This document shows positions 19,834 through 28,286 of a stretch of DNA of 41,819 nucleotides, piece after piece; positions within the stretch are counted from its first letter, which is position 1; each line of letters opens with the position of its first letter. The position numbers and the translations under genes are program-made. Where the stretch lies: positions 1-41,819 of the forward strand of contig JANRKO010000065.1 of assembly GCA_033763455.1 (NCBI GenBank). The letters run 5' to 3'. The notes beneath the pieces were generated by a model. The model was not told the DNA's origin and made no database searches. It was given only the letters and a program-made list of their open reading frames with translations. This stretch comes from Polyangiaceae bacterium (GTDB lineage Bacteria > Myxococcota_A > Polyangia > Polyangiales > Polyangiaceae).

Positions 19834-20739
19834 TCAGAGCCCGTAATCTGCGCCTGCACCAACGAAGAACCCACTCGTACCGAACCCGAGATCGATGCGA
19901 GTCACGAAGTTGCGGTGGGGCTTGATACGAAAGCCAACCTGAGCGGCAAGCCACGGAAAAAGGATTGGCTTGGATCCCCCGTTGAACCAGTTGGGCTCAT
20001 CTTTGGGGCCTTCTTCACAGTACGCCCCGCCCGGGCCTCCAGCACTCTGGCACACCGTCCAGGTAGAAGGATCGTTAGGATCATCGCCGTTGGCGGAATC
20101 TGGATAAACCTCGTTGCGATGCAACGGCCCATACGGCAGCCCGATGCCTCCGCCGAGACCGTAATTGAGGCCAAACTCTGGCGAGAACTGGCTCGTCCAG
20201 AGAAAATCGCTCGTGAGGAAAATCATATTGATGTCGCTGTCAACGTGCTCCCACGCTGTTGCCGGATCTGTGCTGGCCTTGAACGGAGTTGGGTCGAGCG
20301 AATATGCAGCCCACCAAGCGCTCAAGTTGTACTCAAAGCCATCCCGCCGAATGCCCACCTCAGGCCCCAGGGCATTCACGTAAACGTTCGCGCCACCATC
20401 GGCACCAAACGCCGACTGCAGAAACTTGGGAACGATGATCCCCCGGTAGCGAGCGCCCACGAAGTAATAGGTCTTGCCGCTTTGCTCGCGAGGCGTGTTG
20501 TCTGTTTGGTCCCGAATGGCGTCGGCATCGGCCCCAGCGTCGCCCACCATGGCCGCCTCAGTACCGCTGTCGACGGTTTTCTCTGTCGCGGTGGTCGAGA
20601 CCTCCTCGGATCCCAATACATTCGCCTCAGAAGGCTCGGCGCCTGCCTCAGCTGGAGCAGCTCCCTTTTCTTGGGCCGCAACACCCGTTGAAAGCGATAA
20701 GACCCCCAGCAAAACCGTAAGTCGTCCCAGTGCGCGCAT
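19834..20739 (-). CDS. Secreted protein, probable small outer-membrane beta-barrel
   Basis: Signal peptide ending GVAA-QE, acidic linker, alternating aromatic/hydrophobic strands, C-terminus FFVGAGADYGL. Start set at ATG 20739 (GGAG 7 nt upstream). Stop abuts the GTG of the kinase-activator gene. Confidence 0.72.
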   Translation of the reverse strand: MRALGRLTVLLGVLSLSTGVAAQEKGAAPAEAGAEPSEANVLGSEEVSTTATEKTVDSGTEAAMVGDAGADADAIRDQTDNTPREQSGKTYYFVGARYRGIIVPKFLQSAFGADGGANVYVNALGPEVGIRRDGFEYNLSAWWAAYSLDPTPFKASTDPATAWEHVDSDINMIFLTSDFLWTSQFSPEFGLNYGLGGGIGLPYGPLHRNEVYPDSANGDDPNDPSTWTVCQSAGGPGGAYCEEGPKDEPNWFNGGSKPILFPWLAAQVGFRIKPHRNFVTRIDLGFGTSGFFVGAGADYGL

Positions 20740-20781
20740 CGATAGTCTCCGATCCATAAGCGTTAGTTGGCTCAACCCGAG

Positions 20782-20797
20782 CGCGCGGAGTGTGCCA
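20782..20797 (-). promoter_or_regulatory. Candidate sigma54 (-24/-12) promoter
   Basis: TGGCACACTCCGCGCG = GG-N10-GC with a good -24 and a weaker -12 element, ~45 nt upstream of ATG 20739. Confidence 0.5.
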
Positions 20798-21052
20798 CGT
20801 TGAGCCAACGCAAGGCAAAGCGAAAGGCGGGCGCCTTGGCTTCTATGCGGCCGCGGTCGGTGGTCGCGAAGGAAGACGTCGCTTTTCGTGGGCGGTCAAA
20901 GGCCGCTCGCTGCGAAGGCCATGCCCATAGCTCCCGTCAACCCATGAACCGTTTCGACCAGGGCAGCACTTGGCTCACGCCAAACCAGCGTCGAAAAGTG
21001 CCCCCCCTCTTTAATCAAACGCGCGTCAGCCAACTAATAACGCGCGCCAGGC

Positions 21053-21376
21053 TCACGGCGCCGTAGGGTCGGTGCATGCACCCCACTGCCCCGCTTCACA
21101 AGCCTGCTCACCAACATAACAATTGTGCACACCGTTTTGCGACTGAAGCTTAATGCTACAACGACGCGTCTTACCAACTTCGCACACGCCGGAAGCTTCG
21201 CCGAAATTCAGTGCCGCCAACTGGTCGTCCGACAGTTGCACAAATCCATTCATGTTAGTGGTGCTGGTTGTCATGCTCGCCATCGCTGGCTTCTCATCAG
21301 TGCTCGAACAGGCAGCGGGAAGCGCACAGAGAGCACCCAGGGTGAGATTGAGGAGGAGAGCCTTGAACCGTGACAT
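21053..21376 (-). CDS. Small Cys-rich lipoprotein
   Basis: MSRFKALLL...LPAAC lipoprotein signal and C-terminal CEVGKTRRC...CYVGEQACEAGQWGAC. Start moved to ATG 21376, downstream of the sigma54 motif. Confidence 0.78.
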   Translation of the reverse strand: MSRFKALLLNLTLGALCALPAACSSTDEKPAMASMTTSTTNMNGFVQLSDDQLAALNFGEASGVCEVGKTRRCSIKLQSQNGVHNCYVGEQACEAGQWGACTDPTAP

Positions 21377-21391
21377 TGCGACATAGGCCAG

Positions 21392-21407
21392 TGCACACGC
21401 CGTGCCG
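21392..21407 (-). promoter_or_regulatory. Sigma54 (-24/-12) promoter
   Basis: CGGCACGGCGTGTGCA = GG-N10-GC, close to consensus TGGCACG-N4-TTGCA. Confidence 0.6.
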
Positions 21408-21788
21408 CTCGCGAAAGACAAAGATTGTCATTTTCAATTTGAGAAACGTCGATGATTTCACTGATTCCAACCAAAGCGCAGAGGCCGAGCTCGCGGGAAT
21501 TGTCATTGTCAAAACTCTAGCGGTGACAAATGCCGTCGTCGTCCCGCGCCGATACACGCTGAAGTTACGCGGCAATTGGAAGAGTGCCGTCCCGATATTG
21601 ACGATGAACATATCCGTTCGCCGGACACTCACCCACACGGTAACATGGCAAAGCACGGCCACGCCCGGCACGGCCTGCCTACCCCCGCCGAAGCTTCAGA
21701 GATGCGCCAGACGCAACGAAGGGCGTTTTTGTGGGATTTTTGGCAGGACCGCGACCGGCAGTGGGAGATGGAGTACACTTATAGAGTT

Positions 21789-22265
21789 ATGGCCACCGGC
21801 TCCCGCACAGCGATACAGCTCGCGGCCGCACTTTGGTTCACCAGCGGATGCATGAGCCATGTAGAGCATGGTCGGGCGCTGTATGCCAACGGCCACTACG
21901 TGGAAGCAGCTGCGGTGTTTGAACACGGCGAGGTCACTATGGCGGATGCCTCGCCCAAAGAGCGCGCTCAATATGGTACGTACCGCGGGCTTACGTTGTT
22001 GGTGCTCGGAGACATCGCACAAGCTCAGCGTTGGTTAACCTATGCTTATGCCGTGGAGCAGCGGAATCCGGGCTCCATCAATGAGCGCCTGCGAGCGCAC
22101 TTGGATCAAGGTTGGTATGATCTATTGCGCCGCACAGGTCCGGCACCTCTGACCCCACCGCCCGGAGCTGCCTTCGCCGTCCAAAATAGTGCGCCCCCCG
22201 CCACGCCTGAGGCCCGCCCAGTGGAGAGCGCGAGTGGAACCCGGCGCTCGTTCGTGGATCCATAA
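21789..22265 (+). CDS. TPR-like lipoprotein, paralog of 7095..7589
   Basis: Start ATG 21789 gives a signal peptide with lipobox TSGC. 26/71 ungapped identities to the 7095..7589 product; Pro-rich tail. Confidence 0.8.
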   Translation: MATGSRTAIQLAAALWFTSGCMSHVEHGRALYANGHYVEAAAVFEHGEVTMADASPKERAQYGTYRGLTLLVLGDIAQAQRWLTYAYAVEQRNPGSINERLRAHLDQGWYDLLRRTGPAPLTPPPGAAFAVQNSAPPATPEARPVESASGTRRSFVDP

Positions 22266-22321
22266 CGCCCAGCGAGCTGGCTCTTCCAGCGAAAGACTAG
22301 GCCGCACACGCAAACGCTCCG

Positions 22322-23134
22322 CTATTCGACGATTCCGAGCGCGGTCACGTTGAACTTGAAATTGCCTCGCCCAGAAGAAACCGTGACGGCGATGGTATTG
22401 GCATCAACTCGTGAAAAGGAAAGCGTGGCCGACTTATCTGACGGCGTGTGCAACGTGTAGCTGCCTGCTTGAGGCACAGGATCGATCCAGCGCATTTGGA
22501 CACCATCGATCGCTAGGTCCCAGGTGCCACGGGGACCTTTCCAGGTTCTGCTGCCGTCCACCTGAATGCCTTCGCCGAGACCACCCGCAAGCACAGTCTG
22601 CACGCGATCTCCCGAACCCTCAGCGCTGAGGCCGGTTGAAAGATTGCGCCACGTTGCCGAGTGCACCACATGACGACTTTGATCGTTGAAGTTCCAAGTG
22701 ACGGTAGCTGTGCCGCTCACCTCGATCTTACCGTTGGAGAGCTTATCCCACGTGTGATTGACGACGACACTGCCCATTTCGTTCTTGGACACGCTCATCG
22801 TGTGCTGACCTCTATAGGTGTGACCACGGTAGACGCAATTGCCCGGGTTAGCACCGTAGGTTACGCTCAGGGTTCCCGGGGTGGCGCTGATGGCAGCGCA
22901 CGGGAGCTGTGAGCTCACAAAGGTCTTTAGCTCGTCTGCAGCCGCTTGAACGCCCTGCCCAATCGTGAAGTGCGTTGAGAGGTCCACCGCCGAAGCTGTA
23001 AGGCCTTCCGCCTCCGACGAAAGCGCCGACTCCTGCACGGCCTCTCGGGCCTCCTCCCCTGTTAACCCCTGTTCACGGGGGCAGGCAGTGAGCGTTAACG
23101 GGACCAGAAAAACTAGGGCAATTTTGCTATTCAT
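22322..23134 (-). CDS. Beta-rich lipoprotein, function unknown
   Basis: RBS GGAGG, MNSKIALVFLVPLTLTAC lipobox, Thr/Gly/Val-rich strands. Start is 23134 or 23137. Confidence 0.82.
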   Translation of the reverse strand: MNSKIALVFLVPLTLTACPREQGLTGEEAREAVQESALSSEAEGLTASAVDLSTHFTIGQGVQAAADELKTFVSSQLPCAAISATPGTLSVTYGANPGNCVYRGHTYRGQHTMSVSKNEMGSVVVNHTWDKLSNGKIEVSGTATVTWNFNDQSRHVVHSATWRNLSTGLSAEGSGDRVQTVLAGGLGEGIQVDGSRTWKGPRGTWDLAIDGVQMRWIDPVPQAGSYTLHTPSDKSATLSFSRVDANTIAVTVSSGRGNFKFNVTALGIVE

Positions 23135-23156
23135 CATTTCCTCCGCTGGGCGATTC

Positions 23157-23172
23157 TGCAACCGGTGTGCCA
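23157..23172 (-). promoter_or_regulatory. Sigma54 (-24/-12) promoter
   Basis: TGGCACACCGGTTGCA, a near-perfect consensus just upstream of the RBS of the lipoprotein gene. Confidence 0.78.
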
Positions 23173-23279
23173 TGGCCCTGGTCGCTCTACGGCGGGCGGC
23201 ACGCGGGAATAAAGAGCCGCACAGGATTTGTGAGCCGAATGGACCGCAGCCTAGGCACTGGATGCTCGTGAACGGAAAA

Positions 23280-25331
23280 ATGATTCAGAAGCTCACGCTC
23301 CTCTCATGTCTCGCTGGGGCGATGCTCTCCCCCAGCCTTGGATACGCCCAGACGAGCGCTGAGATATGGGCGGCCTACCAGGCTAGCCCCAACGCCCATG
23401 CCAATATCCCCAATGTATCTTTTGCAGGATACGCACGGGGGGAACGCAGCATCCCGAATCCCACAGCGACGATCAACGTGAAGGATCAAGGTGCCAAAGG
23501 CGACGGTATCACCGACGACACACTCGCCTTCGAACAGGCGCTGACGCTAGCGAAAGCCAATTGTGGGGTCATTGAGGTGCCAGCCGGAACCTACATCCTG
23601 AGCCGACCGCTGTTTTTCGACCAAAGCGGCGTGGTGCTAAGGGGTGCGGGAAGTGGCGCTACTATTTTGGATTTTGCTACACCGCTCACTGCCACGCTCG
23701 GAGCACTAAGCCTCGACACCAGCTCGCAGTGGTCTTGGGCCGGAGGGTTAATCTGGGTGGGTCCGAAGGATACTCGCGACGCGAATGGAAAGGTGGTGGA
23801 GGCCGGGTTTCCTGCGGTTCAAGGCTGGGAGTACTGGCGGCCCGGTGTGGAGATCGGATCAATCAGCGCTCAGGTGCGCGGGGACAACACGATTACATTA
23901 ACGAGTCCCGGGCAGATCGAGCCCGGTGAACTTGTCCTTTTGACTTGGGAGAACCCAGCCGACAATAGCTTTTTGAAGCATGTTTATGGGCATACGGGCA
24001 CCGCCGATGCCTTCGACTGGGCGGGCGCTACCTGGATTACCAACGCCGCTTACCCGCGCTTTCAGTGGCCAGTGCTGGTGACTGCTGTGAACGGCGCCCA
24101 GCTCACGCTGGCCCAACCCCTTCGACTCGACATCCGACCAGAATGGGGCGTGAAAGTGAGCAAGATTGGTAGCCATGTTCGCGAGGTGGGTATCGAGCAC
24201 CTGACCATCAAGCTGCACGCTCCCGCAACGCACACGCACCTCACCAACGTCGGTTGGAATGGCCTCTATTTCAATCGCGCGTACAACAGCTGGGCGCGCG
24301 ACCTTGTGGTAGAAAACGCGGAAAACCCAGTGATTGTTTCGTCCTCCAAGAACGTGTCCATTCTCGGCGTTTCGGTCACCGGCAGTTCGCAGAATCATCA
24401 CTCTTTTGCTTGTCGCGTGAGCTCGCACGACATCTTGTTCGATGGCTTTGTGGTGGACGGGCCCGCACGCGTGAAGCATGGCATCAACGTGGAGTGGTTC
24501 TCGAGCGGCAACGTGTGGACACGCGGGACCCAGAAAATGGGAACCTTTGACACACACCGGGCGCTCGCATTCGATAACGTCCGCACCGAATTGAGCGTTC
24601 GAGACCTCATGGATGCCGCCCCCGGTGGCGCCGGGCAAGCCGGACCTTTCATTGGTGCACGTATGGTGCATTGGAACGTCGACAATCAGAATACGAATCC
24701 CCCGAAAGCGGATCCGGGCCAGTTCATTCGTCATCCGGCGCAGTACGTCATGGGCGCCATGGTTGGGGTAAGCGGACCCGAAGCTGTGAACGCGCCTGTG
24801 TCCTTGCCTCCGGGAGATAAAGGAACGCTCGTGGCGAGTGATTTGGGAACGCCAGTCCCCACGAACCTGTTTGCAGCCGAAGTTCAGCTACGGTTGGGAG
24901 CGAGCGCGCCCTCGGCCCCTTCGCCCGTTTGTCAGAGCGAGCGCGAGCCTGGAACCGCACTCGTGGGGGCGGGTGGAGGCAACGGGACGGGTGGATCTGG
25001 CGCGACGGGTGGAGCGACGAGCGCGGGAGCGACGGGCGGTGCAACCGGGGGAATATCTCAACCGTCGGGCGGGTCAGGCGGCTCTCCGCTAACGTCTCAA
25101 TTCGGAGGCTCGGCCTCAGCCGTGGCGTCGCTGGGGGGCGGGGCCAATTCAGGCTTGCCGCCAGCTTCGGGCAACGCACCTAAGCCGATGGACTCGAGTG
25201 CAGGCGAGCGTTCGGGGTGCGGTTGCCGCAGTGCCCACCCCAGGACCACGACCAAGACCCCACTTTTGCCTTTGTTTCTCGCGCTGGCGCTGATCTCAGT
25301 CCGCCGACGGGTTCGGCCTACGTGTAGTTAA
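23280..25331 (+). CDS. Secreted right-handed beta-helix (pectate lyase 3-like) protein with MYXO-CTERM anchor
   Basis: Signal peptide, IPNVSFAGY, GAKGDGITDDTLAFEQAL, VPAGTY, a Gly/Ser/Ala linker, then SGCGCR...LLPLFLALALISVRRR. Start 23280 (or 23262). Confidence 0.83.
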   Translation: MIQKLTLLSCLAGAMLSPSLGYAQTSAEIWAAYQASPNAHANIPNVSFAGYARGERSIPNPTATINVKDQGAKGDGITDDTLAFEQALTLAKANCGVIEVPAGTYILSRPLFFDQSGVVLRGAGSGATILDFATPLTATLGALSLDTSSQWSWAGGLIWVGPKDTRDANGKVVEAGFPAVQGWEYWRPGVEIGSISAQVRGDNTITLTSPGQIEPGELVLLTWENPADNSFLKHVYGHTGTADAFDWAGATWITNAAYPRFQWPVLVTAVNGAQLTLAQPLRLDIRPEWGVKVSKIGSHVREVGIEHLTIKLHAPATHTHLTNVGWNGLYFNRAYNSWARDLVVENAENPVIVSSSKNVSILGVSVTGSSQNHHSFACRVSSHDILFDGFVVDGPARVKHGINVEWFSSGNVWTRGTQKMGTFDTHRALAFDNVRTELSVRDLMDAAPGGAGQAGPFIGARMVHWNVDNQNTNPPKADPGQFIRHPAQYVMGAMVGVSGPEAVNAPVSLPPGDKGTLVASDLGTPVPTNLFAAEVQLRLGASAPSAPSPVCQSEREPGTALVGAGGGNGTGGSGATGGATSAGATGGATGGISQPSGGSGGSPLTSQFGGSASAVASLGGGANSGLPPASGNAPKPMDSSAGERSGCGCRSAHPRTTTKTPLLPLFLALALISVRRRVRPTCS

Positions 25332-25503
25332 TCTCAGACGCTTCTAGGCAGACTGCGACCACAAGCAATACTCTTCCACGTAGTAATGGGCAACATGTTC
25401 GGAAGCACCACAGCTCAAGCGGGGTGTGTTCCCGTTTGCTTGGTGTTTGCCGACGGCAGGGGCAACGCACGGCGCCAGCACCAAAGAGCCGCGTGAGGGT
25501 TTG

Positions 25504-25538
25504 GCTTCAGCCAAAGATACTTGTCATGCTAAGCACCT
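25504..25538 (+). repeat. 35-bp intergenic motif, copy B
   Basis: GCTTCAGccaaAGATACTTGTCATGCTAAGcACCT; inverted relative to copy A. Confidence 0.85.
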
Positions 25539-25670
25539 CAATCGGAATGGAAAGTGCCGGAGGCAAGGCGGCCCCCCTCCGTTGGCACTCAGTCACAAAA
25601 TCAACCCTTTAGCCACGCCCTATGCTTCTCCGAGGAACACAGCTAGGTTGCCCTGCCGAGGCTCAGACGC

Positions 25671-27071
25671 TTGAAGTGGTCCGTGGCAAAGTTGAAAGCT
25701 TTGGCGAAAGTAACGCTCCTGGGGCTCGGGCTCAGCGGTTGTCTCAAGTCCAAAGAAGTCCTGATTGCGGATAAGTCGGCGAGCGAAGGCATCGCCTGCC
25801 CCCCGTTCACCTTGGGAACCTCGCTCGAGGTTTGTACGGCAACTTACCTTGGGGGAGCCGGCGGTGACAGATTATCGGCATCAGGCTTTGGCAGCGACGG
25901 CGCATTGCTGGTTGGAGGCGTTATTCCAAGTGCTGAACCCACGGGCAAAGTTGTTCAGCTGTTATCGGGCGGGCCAGGCGTCGTCGTGCGCTTGTCGGGG
26001 GACGGCAGGCACGTGCTTTCTACGACTCACTTGGGCCAAAGCGTGAACGATCTCGTGGTGGCGCCCTCCGGACGCATCGCCGTTGCTGGCGATTTTGGCG
26101 TGGTTTTACTGGATCGAAAGGCAGAAAGCGTAGTGTGGCACGCGCCTCGGGCGAATATGCTGCGCGTTGCGGTGGGGTTCGCTGAGGACGTGGCTGCGCT
26201 CGATGACACCGGTGGCGTGCATGTTTTTGACCAAGAAGGTGCGGTGCGCGGGAACTTCACACTCGCCGATCCGGTGGTCAACGATGTTGCGGTGGGGCCA
26301 TCAGGCGACCAAGTGTTCGTGGTGGGCGGTCATCCCGATCCGAACGGCGAGTGCCCGGGCTCGGTGCCCTTTCTCCGCAGCTACAGCTATGGCGGGGCAC
26401 TTCAGTGGAAGGCGTATGATTTTTCGGCGCAACTTGGCAACTGTGCGTCATCACGTGGTGTGCGGGTTGTGGTCGGGCGGAACAACAAGCTCTATTACGC
26501 GGGTGAGCAACAGGGCGGCAATTCGGCTCATTTGCGCAACCCTTTGGACGTTAACCAAGAAGCCATTTTGACGAGCTACGATGATTACACGGCGGGCTAT
26601 GGCAAGGCGATTTTGGATTATTCGTTCATCGCGCGCTTCGAGCCAAGTACGGGCCTGTTCGAGGCAGGCCAGGTGGTGTTACCCCGGAATGCTCAAATTG
26701 GAGGCTCACTTCTGGTGGGTGGCCTGGATGTTGATGCCATGGGCAATATCTACGTTGCGGGCCAAAGCAGCTGCTGCATTTCGGGGCGCGATGGCCTCTC
26801 CATCGCCGGTGCCGCGGTGGGAGCGTTTCAGGTTCCAGAAATCAGCGCTTTGGTGATTGCTCCCGATTTTGCGAGTCGGAAGCTCTGGACCACATTTACG
26901 GGCACTAGCGGCTCCGAGATGTTTGCAGCATCGATCACCGAAGCAAACGGGAGGGTTGCAATGGTCGCCAACCAATCGAATGAGCTCGGGCAAGCCCTGG
27001 TGTTCGAATCGCTTCACCCAGCCCCGCTCGGCCAAAGCGACGGGTTCGTTGGTGTGTGGAGCGCCCAGTGA
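25671..27071 (+). CDS. Beta-propeller lipoprotein (SBBP-like repeats)
   Basis: Lipobox LSGC; ATYLGGAGGD, VNDLVVAPSGRIAVAG, VNDVAVGPSGDQVFVVG, LDVDAMGNIYVAG repeats. Confidence 0.8.
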   Translation: MKWSVAKLKALAKVTLLGLGLSGCLKSKEVLIADKSASEGIACPPFTLGTSLEVCTATYLGGAGGDRLSASGFGSDGALLVGGVIPSAEPTGKVVQLLSGGPGVVVRLSGDGRHVLSTTHLGQSVNDLVVAPSGRIAVAGDFGVVLLDRKAESVVWHAPRANMLRVAVGFAEDVAALDDTGGVHVFDQEGAVRGNFTLADPVVNDVAVGPSGDQVFVVGGHPDPNGECPGSVPFLRSYSYGGALQWKAYDFSAQLGNCASSRGVRVVVGRNNKLYYAGEQQGGNSAHLRNPLDVNQEAILTSYDDYTAGYGKAILDYSFIARFEPSTGLFEAGQVVLPRNAQIGGSLLVGGLDVDAMGNIYVAGQSSCCISGRDGLSIAGAAVGAFQVPEISALVIAPDFASRKLWTTFTGTSGSEMFAASITEANGRVAMVANQSNELGQALVFESLHPAPLGQSDGFVGVWSAQ

Positions 27072-27149
27072 AGCTCGCATCCTACGTTCGCAACCTACGC
27101 AGGCCACGTCGCAGCCACAATTCATGTGCTTTCTCCCCGCTGCACGCCG

Positions 27150-28199
27150 CTACCAGCCGACGCCCAAGAGCACCCCAGATCCACACCAGATGCCGCCGGT
27201 CTTCACACTCGCTTCTCCCTCCACACCGGCCTCCGCCTGCGGAAGAAGCGCGCCGGCTCGCGCAAATACCCCGAACCTGAGCGGCTCTAGTGCGAAGCGT
27301 GCGCCGACACCCAAGCCTGCGTCAACCGCCCAGCCGCGGGTCTCTCGGGCGCTGAAATCGTTTGCACGGGGCTTTCCCGTGAAGCGCAAGTAGAGGGGCG
27401 TAACTCTTCCTTCGGTGTACAGCTGCCAATGTTGCCGTTCGACCAGATAAAGTTCTCCCTGCACGAAGCCGCCCAGCCCACGCATGCCGACGCTCCCGCT
27501 TCGGCGGTCAATGTTCGCCCATTCAAATGCACCGCCGAAACCCAGGCCCCAGCGCTCAGTTAATGAGAAGCTGGTGCCGACGTTGGCGCTAGTGAGCAAG
27601 TAGGGCGCGGGCATAACTCGCCACTTAACACCGAGCTCTGCTAATAGCCAAAAGCGGGTAGCCGGGTCGTTGACCGCCGGGCTCCGGTGCTCAACAGGCT
27701 TCGGTCGATCGTTGCGGGGGATGGGCGTTGGAGGCGTCTCAGGCTGTGCCCACGCGAGGGCCTCAATGAGCTCCACGGCGGCGAGAGCAATCGTGCGTTC
27801 CTTGGCTGGGTCACTCACGCTAACAGCCGGAAGCTGGCGTCGTAGCCTCGTGCCTCGCACTGGGTCGAGTACCTGGAGTTCGGCCGTCGAGGGACCGCAG
27901 GCAACACTCAATTCAAGGTGTAGAGCGGCTTCGGAGATGCCGGCAACTTGCACTTCTAATCCCACTGCGCGGTGCAATTTCTCTGTGTCCAGCTGTGGAC
28001 AGCCACGCGTCTTGAGCTTGAAGTTGGCTTGGGCGTAAGGTGCGGGGTCGCTCGCCTTTGCGTGCCCTGACACGAAATGGGCCGCGAGCAGAAATACGGC
28101 GACTCTGCGGCCACGCCTCGCGCAATGAGGAGCCCGAAGCTTCCGCCTATTGTTTAGTCTGCGCCGGCCGAAGTGCATGAGCTTTCGCAGGATGCCCAT
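27150..28199 (-). CDS. Hypothetical secreted protein with Pro-rich linker and C-terminal beta-barrel-like domain (start uncertain)
   Basis: Hydrophobic segment ending HAKA, two-Cys N-domain, PETPPTPIP linker, Gly/aromatic alternating strands ending LLGVGW. Confidence 0.68.
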   Translation of the reverse strand: MGILRKLMHFGRRRLNNRRKLRAPHCARRGRRVAVFLLAAHFVSGHAKASDPAPYAQANFKLKTRGCPQLDTEKLHRAVGLEVQVAGISEAALHLELSVACGPSTAELQVLDPVRGTRLRRQLPAVSVSDPAKERTIALAAVELIEALAWAQPETPPTPIPRNDRPKPVEHRSPAVNDPATRFWLLAELGVKWRVMPAPYLLTSANVGTSFSLTERWGLGFGGAFEWANIDRRSGSVGMRGLGGFVQGELYLVERQHWQLYTEGRVTPLYLRFTGKPRANDFSARETRGWAVDAGLGVGARFALEPLRFGVFARAGALLPQAEAGVEGEASVKTGGIWCGSGVLLGVGW

Positions 28200-28286
28200 C
28201 CTCCGACGAGATCGCCACGCGCGACAAGGGTGGACCGCCTCTTAATGAAAAAGTACGCAGAGCAAGTCCCTCTTCATTCCGCCATT

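Noticed and set aside
24960..25160. GGC/GGT/ACG-rich quasi-repeats
   Set aside because: They encode the Gly/Ala/Thr/Ser linker of the MYXO-CTERM protein and are not a repeat array or CRISPR.
15169..25538. Composite transposon with the 35-bp motifs as terminal inverted repeats
   Set aside because: No transposase lies inside and no target-site duplication flanks it (GCAACCA versus CAATCGG).
25581..25627. Possible sigma54 promoters upstream of 25671 (TTGGCACTCAGTCACA; AGCCACGCCCTATGC)
   Set aside because: Neither has both the invariant GG and GC at 10-nt spacing.
14895..25674. ORFs 14895..15263 and 25426..25674 sharing GLAS..DTCHAK.L
   Set aside because: The similarity is confined to the 35-bp DNA motif and the rest is unrelated and not protein-like, so the element is treated as non-coding.
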